Source: Octopus vulgaris (lineage: Eukaryota). Taken from it: DNA of 64,000 nucleotides. A program made the position numbers and the translations under genes. Positions within the stretch are counted from its first letter, which is position 1, and every line of letters starts with the position of its first letter. The stretch spans positions 224,006,001-224,070,000 of the forward strand of contig OX597814.1 of the NCBI GenBank assembly GCA_951406725.2. Direction: 5' to 3'. This document shows, in pieces, positions 36,815-50,204 of this stretch. The notes under the pieces are model-generated. The model was not told where the DNA came from, searched no databases, and was given only the letters and a program-made list of their open reading frames with translations.

Positions 36815-38269
36815 TCAACTGAAACTCTATTGCATGTTTTATTCACTTGTTACTTATATATACACCCAATGTCGCCTCTTAATAATTTTTATTGTGAGTG
36901 TGCATAGAGATTAGCATTGAATGCAAATTTGATCTTTCTTTGCAATGTATGGCAATGTATGTGCAAATTCATATGTGTAATCATCGCTCAAATCTTGAAA
37001 ACTTGGTGGGCACATTTTTTCTATTTTTTTTCTTTTTCTAATGGGGAAATCTGCATGCTTAGAGGGAATACTACTTATGCCCCATTCTGAAAAAAAACCC
37101 ATGACTCACCAACATATCACCATGCTCTACATGTGGGGCATGTACCTTGAAAAACACTGTTCTAAATCAGAATGATTACTACTAGACAAGGATTTAAATG
37201 TGAAACGCCTCTCCTCAGCCATGGTTCAAAGAATCAGCAGAATAACAGTGTATTTTGGATTACAAGGACTTACATAACAAAAGTGCAAATGTTCAGTGTT
37301 TTTCGTTTTTTTTTATATTGTCTTACAAATTTACTAAAAACACTGTTGCTACATGTATGAGCGTATATACATGTGCATGCACACAAATATGTATGTGCAT
37401 AAATGTGTGAGCGTGTGCATATGTGCACATGTGGTGTGTTCATATGCATGCAAATACATATCTACATACATGTGTTAGTGCATACACAGGTACATGCATG
37501 TCTATTTTTCTAACAGAATCTGGGTAGGGCACTGCCCACCCAGATAGTCTTTTTTTTAAAGTATACAGATATAACTATTGGTTTCAAATTTTGGCACAAG
37601 GCCAGCAATTTCTAAGTTAGGCTCAAGTCAACAACACCAACCCCAGTCAAAAGGACAAAATAAAAAGCAAAGTTGACCTTGGTGGAATTTGAACTCACTC
37701 AGCACATATAAATGGATGAAATGCTACTAAGCATTTTCCCCAACATGCTAACGATTCTGTCAGCTTGCTGCCTAAATATATAGATATAAATTTTTAAATC
37801 TATAATTATCAGTAATTAAATAATGAAGTAAATGATTTCCAATTCATGATAAAAATGCTAATTTAATGTCTGGAATTCAGTGCATAACCATGTAAATGGC
37901 TACCCTTTTTTAAAGTTAGGAACAATATCCACAGCCTTTCAAGTCCTATAAATATATATCAAAGTATGATCCACATGGTAACAGTTTCCAGAATGAACTA
38001 AACAGCATCATAAAAGTAGGATACTATCTGCTTAGGCTGTCATTTGTCATTACTGCAATTTAGTATATCAAATAGTAATAATGAATATATACTGTGTACA
38101 AGTGGATGTAAATATAGTTGTAAAAAAATTACATAAGATGCTCCCAACTATGGTCACCACACAGTGTAAAATTAACAACGGAACTCAAAGCAATCCAGTG
38201 AAGCTATACAAAGATGATTGTCTCAATTTGACATGTCAGCTGCTGGGAGGGAGAGAGAGTGAAAAAGTT

Positions 38270-38725
38270 AAGGCTCTACACCTTAGAATGAAGGCAGGAA
38301 AGATGCGCAGTAATACACATCTGGAAAATCTTGGAGGAACTTGTACCTAACTTTGGCATTGTAAGTTACCCAAAAAGCAGAATGGGACACCACTGCATAG
38401 TACCAAAAATCACAACATTGTCATTGGGGATACAGGACCAGATACTTTAACAGCTTGGGCTTCAAGGGACCACAGCTCTTCAATATCCTCCCACAAATCC
38501 CAAGGGACCTACATGGAGTGGATATAGGTGTCTTCAAAACAAAACTAGATCTCCTCCTGCCAAGAGTTCTAGATGAACCGACCATCCAGCAAGTAACCCA
38601 GATGAAGACAGAAAGATCAAACTCCTTCACTCACTAAATGCCACATATCAGAGGAGGTTTAGTGAAAGTGTAGCAAAGCTAATGGCATGGCCATAGCCCT
38701 CAAGCTAATACTAGAAAAGTAAAAA
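38270..38725 (+). mobile_element. CR1-type LINE 3' end
   Basis: WKILEELVPNFGI...GFKGPQLFNILPQIPRDLHGVDIGVFKTKLDLLLPRVLDEP (LFN.LP / FK..LD motifs). Confidence 0.8.
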
Positions 38726-39549
38726 AAAATCTACCATGCAGAGAGAGAGAGATAGTGTGTGTGTGTGTGTGTGTGTGAGAGTGTGTGTGTGTGAGTGAGT
38801 GTGAGTGTGTGTGTGTAGGGAGGGACACTATGGGAAAAAAAATTCTAACCATTCCTAAAATAGGACTTTATTCAAAGCAAAAGTGATTTTGTGTATATGG
38901 TGGGGTTGGAAATGCATGCTATTATAGAAGCTTTTACCATAGAATTGGATGATAAAGCCCGCAACAGAAACATGTAACATTTACCACAACTGAATAAATT
39001 GAACTCTGCTGTCCAAGAAAAAAAATGTCCAACATTAGTAAACAATGGAGATGTTTGTTTTTTTTTTATCTCTTTTCGATTATTTTGATTTAAACAAAAG
39101 TTTCTATCTTACTCAAAAATTACTAATTTTAAATCTCAGCAACAGTACTTTGTAGTAAAGATTGTTTGCCAACATAACATGGCAGTCCTGGTTTAGGATT
39201 AATGTTGCTGTAATTTAGCCCCAGGAGACATCATCTCCAGCTGGCTATACGGCACGATCTGTGTCCTTATACTTTCAAACAAGGGAATCTAGCACCCCCA
39301 CTCAGCTCAAAATAATATCTGTGAATCATGATTTCCAGGTTATTTCCCTTCATCAGCACAGAATAATTGTTTGGCTAGAGGCGGCGCTGCTAAATTCCTG
39401 TTCAAAACATATCATTTTCAAAGTGACAAGTAGTCACTATCTATAAATTAGAAAATTAATATTTTTAAATCTCACAAAAAAAAAAAAAGTAATTTTCTAA
39501 CAACAGAAGCAGTATTAGATGGCCATTTGTGTATCATGCTTAATATAAA

Positions 39550-39972
39550 TCTTCTCTGTATATAAACGGCAGTTTGTCTGTCTGTGTGTCTGTCAGGTTG
39601 TACCCTCACCCTGACCACAGCTTTCAACCGATTCTGATGAAACTTGACGCACACATAGCCCAATGTCATAATTCAAAATTAACGCAGCGAAAATTTTGAA
39701 AAGTTCCCCCAGTTCTGAAAAAAATCGATAAATTCGACATGGGGTCGAGAATCTAAGCTTTTTATATGCAACACATTTTCTGTAGTAGTTTTTGCAACTT
39801 GCAATCGGGAGACAGCTAGGGACATCGTATACACAGAAGTATTCGAGTGAAGAGAAGACATTGCAACCTACACATGCACTTTCGTTCCCTAGAGGGAAAG
39901 AACTAGATTGGGATTAGTTGTTGCCTACTAAGGGCTCTTACATACCCGGGCAACGCCGGGCTATGCTGCTAG
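39550..39972 (+). mobile_element. Non-autonomous Helitron
   Basis: A|TC start, hairpin CCCGGGCAACGCCGGG, CTAG|T end. Confidence 0.9.
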
Positions 39973-40425
39973 TATATTGTAAAAGGCAAATTTACTGTGG
40001 TTTTCATGTTGAGATAATGTCTTTTATGGACATGCTATGTTTAATAATGTTACATGCAGATCGTCAAGACGGGCAGATTATCTCCAAAACTGATTATATG
40101 ACAGTTACTTGAGCCAGTCAGTGATTATAGTGTCCTGATATACGATATTCCAAATGTTCTGCTCAATAGCATCAGATAGCACAGTGACACATACTTATGA
40201 AATGATCCCTGAAATGTTAAAAAGAGCAAAGTTGCACTTTAAGGGATTCTATAAATAAATAAGAAACAGAACATTTGTTTGCCTGGTGACATTTGAAGTT
40301 CAAATTTTGTAAATATCTCTTCCCAGTGTACTTTAATTTTTTACTGTTTTCTCTTAAGATTCAAAGCTAATTTCATGTTTTATGTGCTTTTCAATAAGAA
40401 GTACACAGAAGACTTTCTTCTTTAA

Positions 40426-40604
40426 CCCTTTAGCATTCAGATTACACTCAAATCTAATGCTTATTAATTCACATTGTTTTGAATTAATCTTGCATTATCT
40501 CACAGTTTTGCGATTTCAATAATGTTTTTATGTCTAGAATGGCATTGTAGGGTAAGTGTGAGAGGCCAGATGGGCTGGATATGGCTGGTTTAAATGCTTA
40601 AGGT
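40426..40604. mobile_element. piggyBac-type MITE, internally deleted
   Basis: TTAA|CCCTTTAGCATTCAG start; degenerate right end. Confidence 0.7.
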
Positions 40605-40634
40605 TTCAAATGATATGGCACCAAAATAAAAGAA

Positions 40635-40798
40635 ATGCATAGCTGTGTGGTAAGAAGCTTGCTTCCCAACCACATAGTTCCATATTCAATCCCACTACAT
40701 GGCACCTAGGTCAAGTGTCTTCTACTCTAACTGGGGCCAACCAAAGCCTTATGAGTGGATTTGGTAGAGGGAAACTGAAAGAAGCTTGTCATACATAC

Positions 40799-40839
<41 letters not shown>

Positions 40840-41052
40840 ATAGCTATGTCTGTCTTTGTGTCTGTGTTTGTCCCCCGCCCCACTGCTTGACAACTGGTGT
40901 TGGTGTGTTTATATCCTTGTAAATTAGCAGTTCAGCAAAAGAGACCGATAGAATAAGTACTAAGCTTCAACTGGGGTTGATTTGTTTGACTAAAATTCTT
41001 CAGGGCAGTGCCCCAGCATGGCCACAGTCAAATGACTGAAACACGTAAAAGA
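40635..41052 (+). mobile_element. SINE family A
   Basis: Diverged full-length copy. Confidence 0.85.
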
Positions 41053-41326
41053 ATTCCAAAATATTACACAGTGTCATTTTTATGAACAAGTGTGAAATAA
41101 AACAAATATAAATTTAGAAATTAATTAAAATTTTAATTTTATTTAATTCTTCATTATTTCAAAGGCCGTGCCATTTCAACAGAAACATCGTAACAAAAGG
41201 TTTACACCCAGATGAGCAACAATTCAGCAGACCCAAGGCCAACAGTACTCCAGTCATAACCATCCTGCCTTTACAAGGTATAGTGTGTATTCAACACTAT
41301 ATTATCTAAGATAGACTCATCTCATA

Positions 41327-41723
41327 TTTTTATATATAAAAGTGAGGTTGTGTGCTGTCTGTCTCCTACGATTTAGATTCCTAACTACTCTCACATTTTG
41401 CAGGTGCAGTTTAACCAAAACTGGGTATTTTATAGTCGTGATTCATATCGAGCCCTTCTGGGTACTAGCGCGCGTCTATGATGAGTCTACGATTTAAAAC
41501 AAAATTTACCATCTATTTTTCCCATTTTTAATGCATTTTTGGCATATATAAGGGAAGTAACTCTCTAAAAAAATTTTATTAAATCTCAGAACGTAAAAAG
41601 CTACAGTAACACCCCCCCTTTGTGGTTAACCATATTGAGATGGCTATTATACTTTACATCTCTAAAAATGCTTATATAGTTATTTCCCTTACAAACCCGA
41701 GCAACGCCGGGCGATACTGCTAG
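41327..41723 (+). mobile_element. Non-autonomous Helitron
   Basis: Ends CCCGAGCAACGCCGGGCGATACTGCTAG|T; same family as 63239-63536. Confidence 0.9.
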
Positions 41724-42215
41724 TTTTTTATAAAAGTCAGGAGTCATTTTAGGGAAACTCAGCAGCTATTTCTAACAGATTGAATGACTATGCAGAGGCT
41801 CCCACCTTAGCTCAACTTAAGTAATAGTTGCTTTTAGTTCTCAGTCAATTTCAATGAAAAAAATGGTGGATTTGAGATCACATTATGACAGGATGGGACT
41901 TGAAGCAGATTGGGTTGCTATTTCTAAAATGCCAAATAAACAAATTAACCACATGCATGCAGTCAAGATCTAAACCATCTACATTTGAACCACAAATTAT
42001 TTCAGGTGTTTTCAGATTATAAAATTATAGAAAAAAAAAAACCAAAAATAATCTCAAATAGATTTGCCAAGAACAAGTAATAATTTGAAGACAAACCACT
42101 TCACTAAGACAACAAACACATTCTGGAAACTTCTGTTATGACAGACAATATTTAAAATAAGTGACATTTCAATGTAAATCCTGCCAGCTGCAATTGGAAC
42201 TAACAGTGCCCCAAG

Positions 42216-42340
42216 AAGACACAACTAAACTAGATATATTTTTAGGGCCTAGTGTTAAGACACAACTAAACTAGATATATTTTTAGGGCCTAGTGTTAAG
42301 ACACAACTAAACTAGATATATTTTTAGGGCCTAGTGTTAA
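42216..42340. repeat. 41-bp perfect tandem repeat x3
   Basis: aagacacaactaaactagatatatttttagggcctagtgtt at 42216, 42257 and 42298. Confidence 0.95.
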
Positions 42341-42595
42341 TGGACACTGTCAATTCTGTTTTTCATCATCATCATTTAACGTCTGCTTTCCATGCTAGCA
42401 TGGGTTCGACGATTTTGACTAAGGGCTGGCGAACCAGATGGCTGCACCAGGCTCCAATCTTGATCTGGCAGAGTTTCTACAGCTGGATGCCCAAATTTGG
42501 AATTTTGCTATTCACTATCATTCAGGCCAATCCTTTCAGTCGATACCATAGTACTCAATACGGGGTTCTGCATTTGCATATCTTGTTTCAATTAA

Positions 42596-42813
42596 TTCTG
42601 GTTTTTAAGTTATGGCACAAGGCCAGCAATTTTGGAGAAGAGGACAAGTTGATTACATTGACCCCAGTATTCAACTGGTACTTATTTTATTGGCTCCAAA
42701 AGGATGAAAGGCAAAGTCAACCTTGGCAGAATTTGAACACAGAACATAAAGATGGACAAAATTCCACTAACCATTTTGCCTAGGGTTCTAATGATTCTGC
42801 CAGCTCACTGCCT
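42596..42813 (-). mobile_element. Older SINE family B-related monomer with alternative tail
   Basis: ggcacaaggccagcaatttt...gaccccagt...aaaggatgaaaggcaaagtcaacc; similar copies at 28600-28790, 37578-37775 and 43730-43915. Confidence 0.75.
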
Positions 42814-43144
42814 CTTTGAAAATAATGAAAAATTTTATATGGTGTTTGGAACATAAATTAAGAAATTCTTTAAGGAAGCTTTAAATGTAGATTATGTTAA
42901 AGCAAGAAGTTTTGCATCACAGAGCCAGGGTTAGAAGTTTTGCATCACAGAGTCAGGGTTAGTTACAAATGAGTTGTTATCAAGAGAGTCAGTGTCAATA
43001 TATAGAAATCAAGTTAGAACATTAGTTAGATTTACGGTTGTAGTCATATAGACAGTTTTATTTACATGTTGCTGTTTTTATGTAGCTTCAGGTTAGCTTT
43101 GATCCAGCAGGTACCATAATAAAATACAAGTTTGGACTGCGACT

Positions 43145-43388
43145 AAGGCAACAAGCTGGCAGAAACGTTAGCACGCCGGGCGAAATGCTTAGCAGTATTT
43201 CGTCTGCCGCTACATTCTGAGTTCAAATTCCGCCGAGGTTGACATTGCCTTTCATCCTTTCGGGGTCGATTAAATAAGTACCAGTTACGCACTGGAGTTA
43301 ATATAATCGATTTCATCCATTTGTTTGTCCTTGTTTGTCCCCTCTGTGTGTAGCCCCTTTGTGGGCAATAAAGAAATAAATAAGAAAT
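43145..43388 (+). mobile_element. SINE family B, full monomer with 17-bp TSD
   Basis: AAGTTTGGACTG(C/T)GACT at 43128-43144 and 43389-43405. Confidence 0.92.
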
Positions 43389-43511
43389 AAGTTTGGACTG
43401 TGACTGCTCAAGTATTTTTTTTGTTGTTTTTGCTAATGAGGGTAGGCTCTGATTTGAAGGATATTTGACTGTTATTCTTACAACATTTGGCTATTTTACG
43501 ATAACATTTAA

Positions 43512-43731
43512 CACTTTAGTATTCAGATTACTTTGTGAAAAGTAATCCTTATTTATTCATATCTTTAAAAATTAATCTGGTATTTTCTTGTAGCTTCAAG
43601 ATTTGAAAGATGTAATTGTCTATTTTTAGAATGACATAGCAGGATAGGTGTGAGATGCTGGCTCTGGCCAGTCTGAGCATAAAATGAGTAGAATATTTGT
43701 GCCAGGTACAGCCAGTTTAAACACTTTAAGG
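43512..43731. mobile_element. piggyBac-type MITE, diverged
   Basis: Same family as 53478-53696 in opposite orientation; TTAA at 43508-43511. Confidence 0.7.
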
Positions 43732-44372
43732 CAGCAAGCTGGGAGAATTGCAAGCTTGCCAGATAAAATGCTTAGCAGCATTTCTTCCCGTTAAGGTCAT
43801 TTTTGCCTTTCATCCTTTCTGGGTTAATAAAAGATACCAGTTGAACACTGGGGCTAATGTAATCAACAGCCTCCTCCCTCAAAGTTTCAGGCCTTGTACA
43901 TATACTTGAAAGAATTCAAATACTATATCACTTGGTTGTAAGTCAAGATACCATATAGAAGCCACTCTCTCTTCTCACCCCACCTGTTAGCACATTTGTT
44001 TACAAGGTAATCAAAGGAACATAAACACTGTAATTGGAAGTGGACTAGAAGAATTGTGGCATTAGTTCCAAATCTTAATGTTCTATGTTCAAACCCTATT
44101 CAAGTCCGTTTTCCATTTTTTTCAGGTTTGATAGAATAAAGTACCATTCAAGAACCAGAGTCAACCCTGGGTACTTGAACGGTAATTCATTCTATCATTG
44201 ACTTTATTCTATAATTGACAAAACCTGTGTGTCTGAAAGTTCCTGGTCTTCTGTCTCTATTAAAAAGCAATTATTATATTTGGTTGTCGGACAGGCAGCC
44301 ATGTAGTGGTTTCCCCATTAGCACATTTGTTTGCAATGTAATCAAAGGATCTCTGACAAATACTCTAACTGG

Positions 44373-44414
<42 letters not shown>

Positions 44415-44581
44415 GCGTGTGTTTGTAAGTATGTAATAAATGTGTGTGTGTGTGTGTGTGTACATAAATACTGCATCAGGACAGCTGATGCCTGGCTACC
44501 TAAGTATGAGAAAACATGATAAAGTCAAAATTTTCACAGAAAACTGACCCAGATAAAAGGACACACACACTTATACACATA

Positions 44582-44631
<50 letters not shown>

Positions 44632-45254
44632 ACAATGATATTCATCATGGATTATTTCCTTTTTCTTTCACCTATTTTCATTTTATTTTTAGTTGTAACC
44701 CAATTAAACCCCAATCCAAAAGACCTAATTTTTCAACTGCTAATCATGGTCAAAATCATGATATATGGACAACAATGTTTACCAAACAACAGAGCATAAT
44801 ACATTACAACATTGCCAGGTGTATATTATGATGTATATTAGCAGTGACATGCCATGGGGCTTTTAGGTGGCACATGATGTACCTTGAAAAAGAAAAACCT
44901 CCAGAAATATGGTGTTATAAAATACTTCTTTATAATCATTTACCTGAAATCAAAATACTAGTGTACATGAAAGGGGTACTCACTCCTGTTACATGATTGT
45001 TGAAAGTGAGAATCATAGAACAAGATGGGGACAACGAAAAACCTGGCTGATGACAGTCAAGGCTGATCTGGAACCCAACCTAGGCCTCCATATCTACGGC
45101 GTTCACCACTAGAATAAGGAGTGGTTGGAGATCCTGCAGTCGTTAGCCTCAAATCGCCAGGCCTGGTCAGCGTTTGTGAGAGATGCAGCACTGAGGATAA
45201 ATGAAGCCAGCTCAACCCACCCCGGGTGAATGCTGTAAGAAGAACAAGAACAAG

Positions 45255-45640
45255 ATGAGGTGTGGTTTTGTAGTTAAGAAGATTGTTTCCCAACCATGTG
45301 GTCTTGGGTTCAATCCCACTGCATGACACTTTGGGGCAGTGTCTTCAAGTATAGCTCTATGACAACTAAAGCCTTATCAGTGGATTTGGTGGACAGAAAC
45401 TGAGAGAAGCCCATCATTTGTATATATGTATTATGTGTGTGTGTGTGTCTTTGTATTGTTTGTCCTCCACCATTGCTTGATAACTAATATTGGCTTGCTT
45501 ACATCCCAATAACTTAACAGTTCAGCAAAAGAGACTGACAGTATAAGTATGAGGTTTAGAAAATAAGTATTGGGGTCGATTTATTCAACTAAAACCTTCG
45601 AAAAAGTGTCTCAACATAGTTGGAGTCCAACGACTGTGAA
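45255..45640 (+). mobile_element. SINE family A, diverged
   Basis: Head, TG tract and tail all recognisable. Confidence 0.75.
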
Positions 45641-46470
45641 TGTTATCTAGTATATGTAAATCACAGTAGGTGTGTGTATAATGACTAACGCATACATTTC
45701 CACAATTCTCAACTGATTTTCACCAAACTATACATACATATTAACTACGTCACAAGGATGGTCATGCACTATAATATTTTCCCCAGAGTTCTTGCATAAA
45801 TGGACGTAGTTCTTTTGTATGTAGGGTCTTTCATACTTTTTTTTACAAAGAATAAGTCCTGGGGTCAATTTGCTCAACTAAAGGCAGTGCTCCAGCATGG
45901 CCGCAGTCTAATGACTGAAACAAGTAAAAGAGAGAGTCAAAAATATTTTATGTATTGTAGAAATATAACCTATTTCTTGTACATACACTTTAATAACAAA
46001 ATCTTATATGGACCCCCAAGGGTGACATGGATCATGGTTGAGAACCACTGCTGGGGTCCCTGTCACAGATATAGAAAATAGCCTCTACTTCCTCAAAGTA
46101 GCTATAGCCACCTGCATAATGTTTTCACCTAACACTTTGTTTAGTTTATCTTCCTGACAATTTATGTATATCACCTCCCAGACCCTACACCAAATATTTA
46201 ACCCAGTTTTTCTTCTGCAGCCGATTATAGATCAGTTCAGTCAGAATTCAGCTGCCAGCAACACTAGCACTGATTGAGTAGACCTACAGTAAAATGTGCC
46301 CCAAATGTGACCATCCCATCTTTATTTTTTTCATGCACAGGATTTAAGAATGACATGGTCGAGTGTATTTTCCTTTCATAACATGATAGGCTTGTACCTT
46401 TGAAGGAGATTTAGCTTATTATTTTCACAAAGGTGAATGAGTACTTTGAGTCTAGCTTAGATGTTATTTA

Positions 46471-46500
<30 letters not shown>

Positions 46501-46503
<3 letters not shown>

Positions 46504-46623
46504 GTATATAATTATAATTAAGGACGCCGGAGGTCCATTTAGTGTTGCTTATAGACATTTGACATCTACTTCTAGCGCATTGGCATTGGCCCGGCAGTGT
46601 CCTTAATTATAATTATATACTTA
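46501..46623. mobile_element. 123-bp MITE-like element with perfect 25-bp terminal inverted repeats
   Basis: TAAGTATATAATTATAATTAAGGAC ... GTCCTTAATTATAATTATATACTTA. Confidence 0.75.
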
Positions 46624-46933
46624 AAAATTAATTTTACCAATATGGTTTTTTTATATACTAGATATATTAAATGGAAGATCCAAGGAGCGAGGTGTAGGAA
46701 GAAAGTGAGCTTCAAGCAATCCATAGTAAATATATTCAATCAATCTCATCGAATCCTCCGTGTGTTAACACGGGCCTCCTAACAACAAAAGTAAACTTCA
46801 TTTAATCAAGATACCCTTGGTCTGAAGAATAGCCTGTAGTATACACCTCATTTGGACATTTACCACATCCGAGGTTCCACTCACTATGAAACATATGTAG
46901 CCCAGAATTTATCTACTCCATTCTTTGAATCTT

Positions 46934-46990
<57 letters not shown>

Positions 46991-47414
46991 TGCAGGTATG
47001 ACTGTGTGGATAGGCACAGATGTGGCTGTGTGGAAAGGTGCTTGCTTCCTAATCACATGGTTCTGGGTTCAGTCCCACTGAGTGGCACCTTGGACAAGTG
47101 TCTTTTACTACAGCCTCAGGCTGACAGAAGCCTTGTGAGTGGATTTCATAGATGGAAACTGAAAGAAGCCTGACATGTGTGTTTGTGTCTGTATATGTGT
47201 GTCTGGCAACAACCACGCTCAAATGGTGCCTTTTACATGCCACCAGCATGGGAACCAGTCAAGCAACACTGGCAATGACCATGCTAAAATGGTGCATTTT
47301 ATGTGCCAGAAGCATGGGAACCAGTCCGGTGGGACTAATGGATAGTTTGGAGAAAAGCACATAGGTTACAACATGATCAAAAAATAACTATAACTGTATA
47401 TATGTACATATATA

Positions 47415-48000
47415 TATGGATGGGTAATGGTCAGTATGCATTTACGACATAGTGCAAGTGATTTGAGAGAAAAACTGAGTATATGGGGCATCATATGTAT
47501 TGTGAAAGAGAGAAGACTGAGCTGGTATAGTCACGTAATGCATATGAATGAAGACAGTTGCATCAAGAAGTGCTGAGCTCTAATTGTGGAGGGAACATGT
47601 GGAAGAGGTAGACCCAGGAAGACACGGGATGAAGTGGTGAGAAAGGATCTTCAGAGTGCTACACAGAGGAGATGACAGGGGAACTGTGCTTGAGAAGACA
47701 TTTCAAGCTAAGTAAATATATGGTCAACCTTGCATACAAGCATATCCCTGCATCCCTCTTCAGCTGAGCATTCCTAATCTTATGGGCTCATGGGCGTTGG
47801 TGCCAAGTAAAAAGCACCCATGTCACTGTCATGTAAAAGCAGCTGTTCCACTTTGTAAAGTGGTTGGCATTAGGAGGGGCATCCAGCCTTAGAAACCATG
47901 CCAAAACAGACATGGAGCCCAGGCAGCTCTCCAGCTGGCCAACTCTGGTCAAATTGTCCAACCCATGCCAGCATGGAAAACAGATGTTAAATGATGATGA
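47415..48000 (+). mobile_element. RTE/RTE-X-type LINE 3' end with family C sequence as its 3' UTR
   Basis: LREKLSIWGI...RRLSWYSHVMHMNEDSCIKKC*ALIVEGTCGRGRPRKTRDEVVRKDL, continuous with ...aaaagcaccc...ggcattaggaggggcatccagc...gatgttaaatgatgatga. Confidence 0.85.
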
Positions 48001-48389
48001 GATCAAAAATGGAAGATGAACAAGCAAAGCATTTGTGCATTACTCAAGGATATTTACTCCAAATTAAAGAGGACAAATAGAGTGTAAAGTAGAAATAAAG
48101 CATAGAACAGTAGATAAGTAGATAAGTAAAGTCTCAACATCTGTTTCTGGAATAACTGGGCAAATGGGTCATGTTAATGTGTAATGAATTCCATCATTAG
48201 AGAGATCGATGTAAAGTAGTAGAGAAACTTTATATTGCGTTACCTCGGTCTCTCCAATGATAAGATACTTGGATTATATGAATTAATGACCCACTAAGTT
48301 ACAGGGATACAAAAAAATCGACACAAGTTGTCAAGCTGACAAAAAGAGGTATACACACACACACACAAATTTAAAATCTTTCCTGAGCC

Positions 48390-48592
48390 TGGGTTCTGTT
48401 ATGTATGTATTGCCCACCTGGATTGGATGCCAGTCCATCTCAGGATTGCTCATTTTGTCTGTTGAGTGAACTAGAATACTGTTTAATGAAGTGTTTTTCT
48501 CAAGAACACAACACATCAGCCAGTCCAGGATTCAAAACCACAATCTTATGATGAAGAGTGCAATATCCGAACAACTAAGCAACACATCTTCA
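48390..48592 (-). mobile_element. tRNA/CORE-like SINE fragment with a third body type
   Basis: tgtgttcttgag...gttcactcaac...aaatgag followed by gatggactggcatccaatcc. Confidence 0.6.
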
Positions 48593-49921
48593 TGCGCGCG
48601 CACACACACACACAGCAGGCTTCGGTACAATTTCTATTTACCAAATTCACTTGCAAAGCATTAATCATCCTCGAGTTTTTGATCAATGCACTTACGCAAG
48701 GTACTGTGCAGTGAAACTGAACCTGAGACCACATGGTTGTAAAGTGATCATTAAATGCATGATTCATGTTAGAAGAATTATATCTAATAAGAATACAGAC
48801 TGTCTCCATAATAAGCTTAGTTTTAAGTAGGGTAGCAGAGATTCAATCCACCCCTGTTATTTATTTATATATTTACACATTTATTGATATTTATGCCACA
48901 TTTCACGTCAAAGTTAATAAAGAAAAATAAGAAAGAAAATAACATAAACAAACATATATAAAAAATTAAAAGCTGTGTAAATGTGAATGCGTCAGGAGGT
49001 TAGTGTCTGGAAATGTAAGTTAGGAGTGTTTCCAATGACCTACTACAGGTAGGTGACTATATTCAGGACAGTGCAGTTCAAACACACGTACACACCACAC
49101 ACATATATGTGATACATACATAGATAGATAGATATGTATATATGTGTGTGTGTGTACATATACACACACATAACATTTATAGGTCAATAGTCTGCTGTAT
49201 TTACACTATATAATTAAGGCGAAGTCTTCTATTTTAGGTTCTCTATTCTGTTTTGTTACAGAATTTGTATGCTTGGAATAGACAAGATTTTCAGTAAAAC
49301 TAAAATTTTCCCAAACTTTCTCTCTCTCTCTCACACACACATTTATTAATATTCAAAGCTTTGTCCCACAGTTTACTGACCATATGGAATACTCAGCCAG
49401 TTGTCACTGAACGTCTGGGAATGATTTCATGAAAGCCAAAATCATGCAAAGTAATGAATGAAGTGAAATTCACAGAGTCAAATGCACAATTCATATTACT
49501 AATAAACACATATACACATGTATTTTAGTATGCAAATTACACATATATTCTAAATAGGTGTTGTTTATACATAGCACCTTGAAGGTTGTTGTATCTACTG
49601 TAAGAGGCTTTCAAGCTCTCTCATCAAGGGGTCCTTAGTAAGTCTGGTAAAAAGTAGCCGGGATTGCCGTTGGATGATGCTATTATGAATGGTGCACTAT
49701 TAAAGAAAAATGAACTGGAATATCATCTGGTAAAAAGGAACAAAAAGCAGGTCAAGAGTGAACAGAAGAATAACCAGTAATATTATATGGCAGTGAAACA
49801 TGGACACTGCCAAAGAAATTATCAAGCAGGATAAATGGATGCTACACAAGTAGCCGTAAATGTAAAATGGCAACAATATATGACAAATGAATGCCTTTAT
49901 GGAGACCTGCTGAAAGTCAGT

Positions 49922-50158
49922 GAGAAGATCAGGCAAAGTTAGGGAGAAGATCAGGCAAAGTTAGGGAGAAGATCAGGCAAAGTTAGGGAGAAGATCAGGC
50001 AAAGTTAGAGAGAAGATCAGGCAAAGTTAGAGAGAAGATCAGGCAAAGTTAGGGAGAAGATCAGGCAAAGTTAGGGAGAAGATCAGGCAAAGTTAGGGAG
50101 AAGATCAAGCAAAGTTAAGGAGAAGATCAAGCAAAGTTAGAGAGAAGATCAGGCAAAG
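49922..50158. repeat. 22-bp minisatellite, about 11 copies (gagaagatcaggcaaagttagg)
   Basis: Seen directly. Confidence 0.95.
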
Positions 50159-50204
50159 ATGGCTGCAACTATCTGGTCACTGTGTGCACACTCTAAACTG
50201 GAAG

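Noticed and set aside
45960-46051. hAT-like terminus GGTTGAGAACCACTG
   Set aside because: Only one end found, with no partner TIR or TSD; too weak to call.
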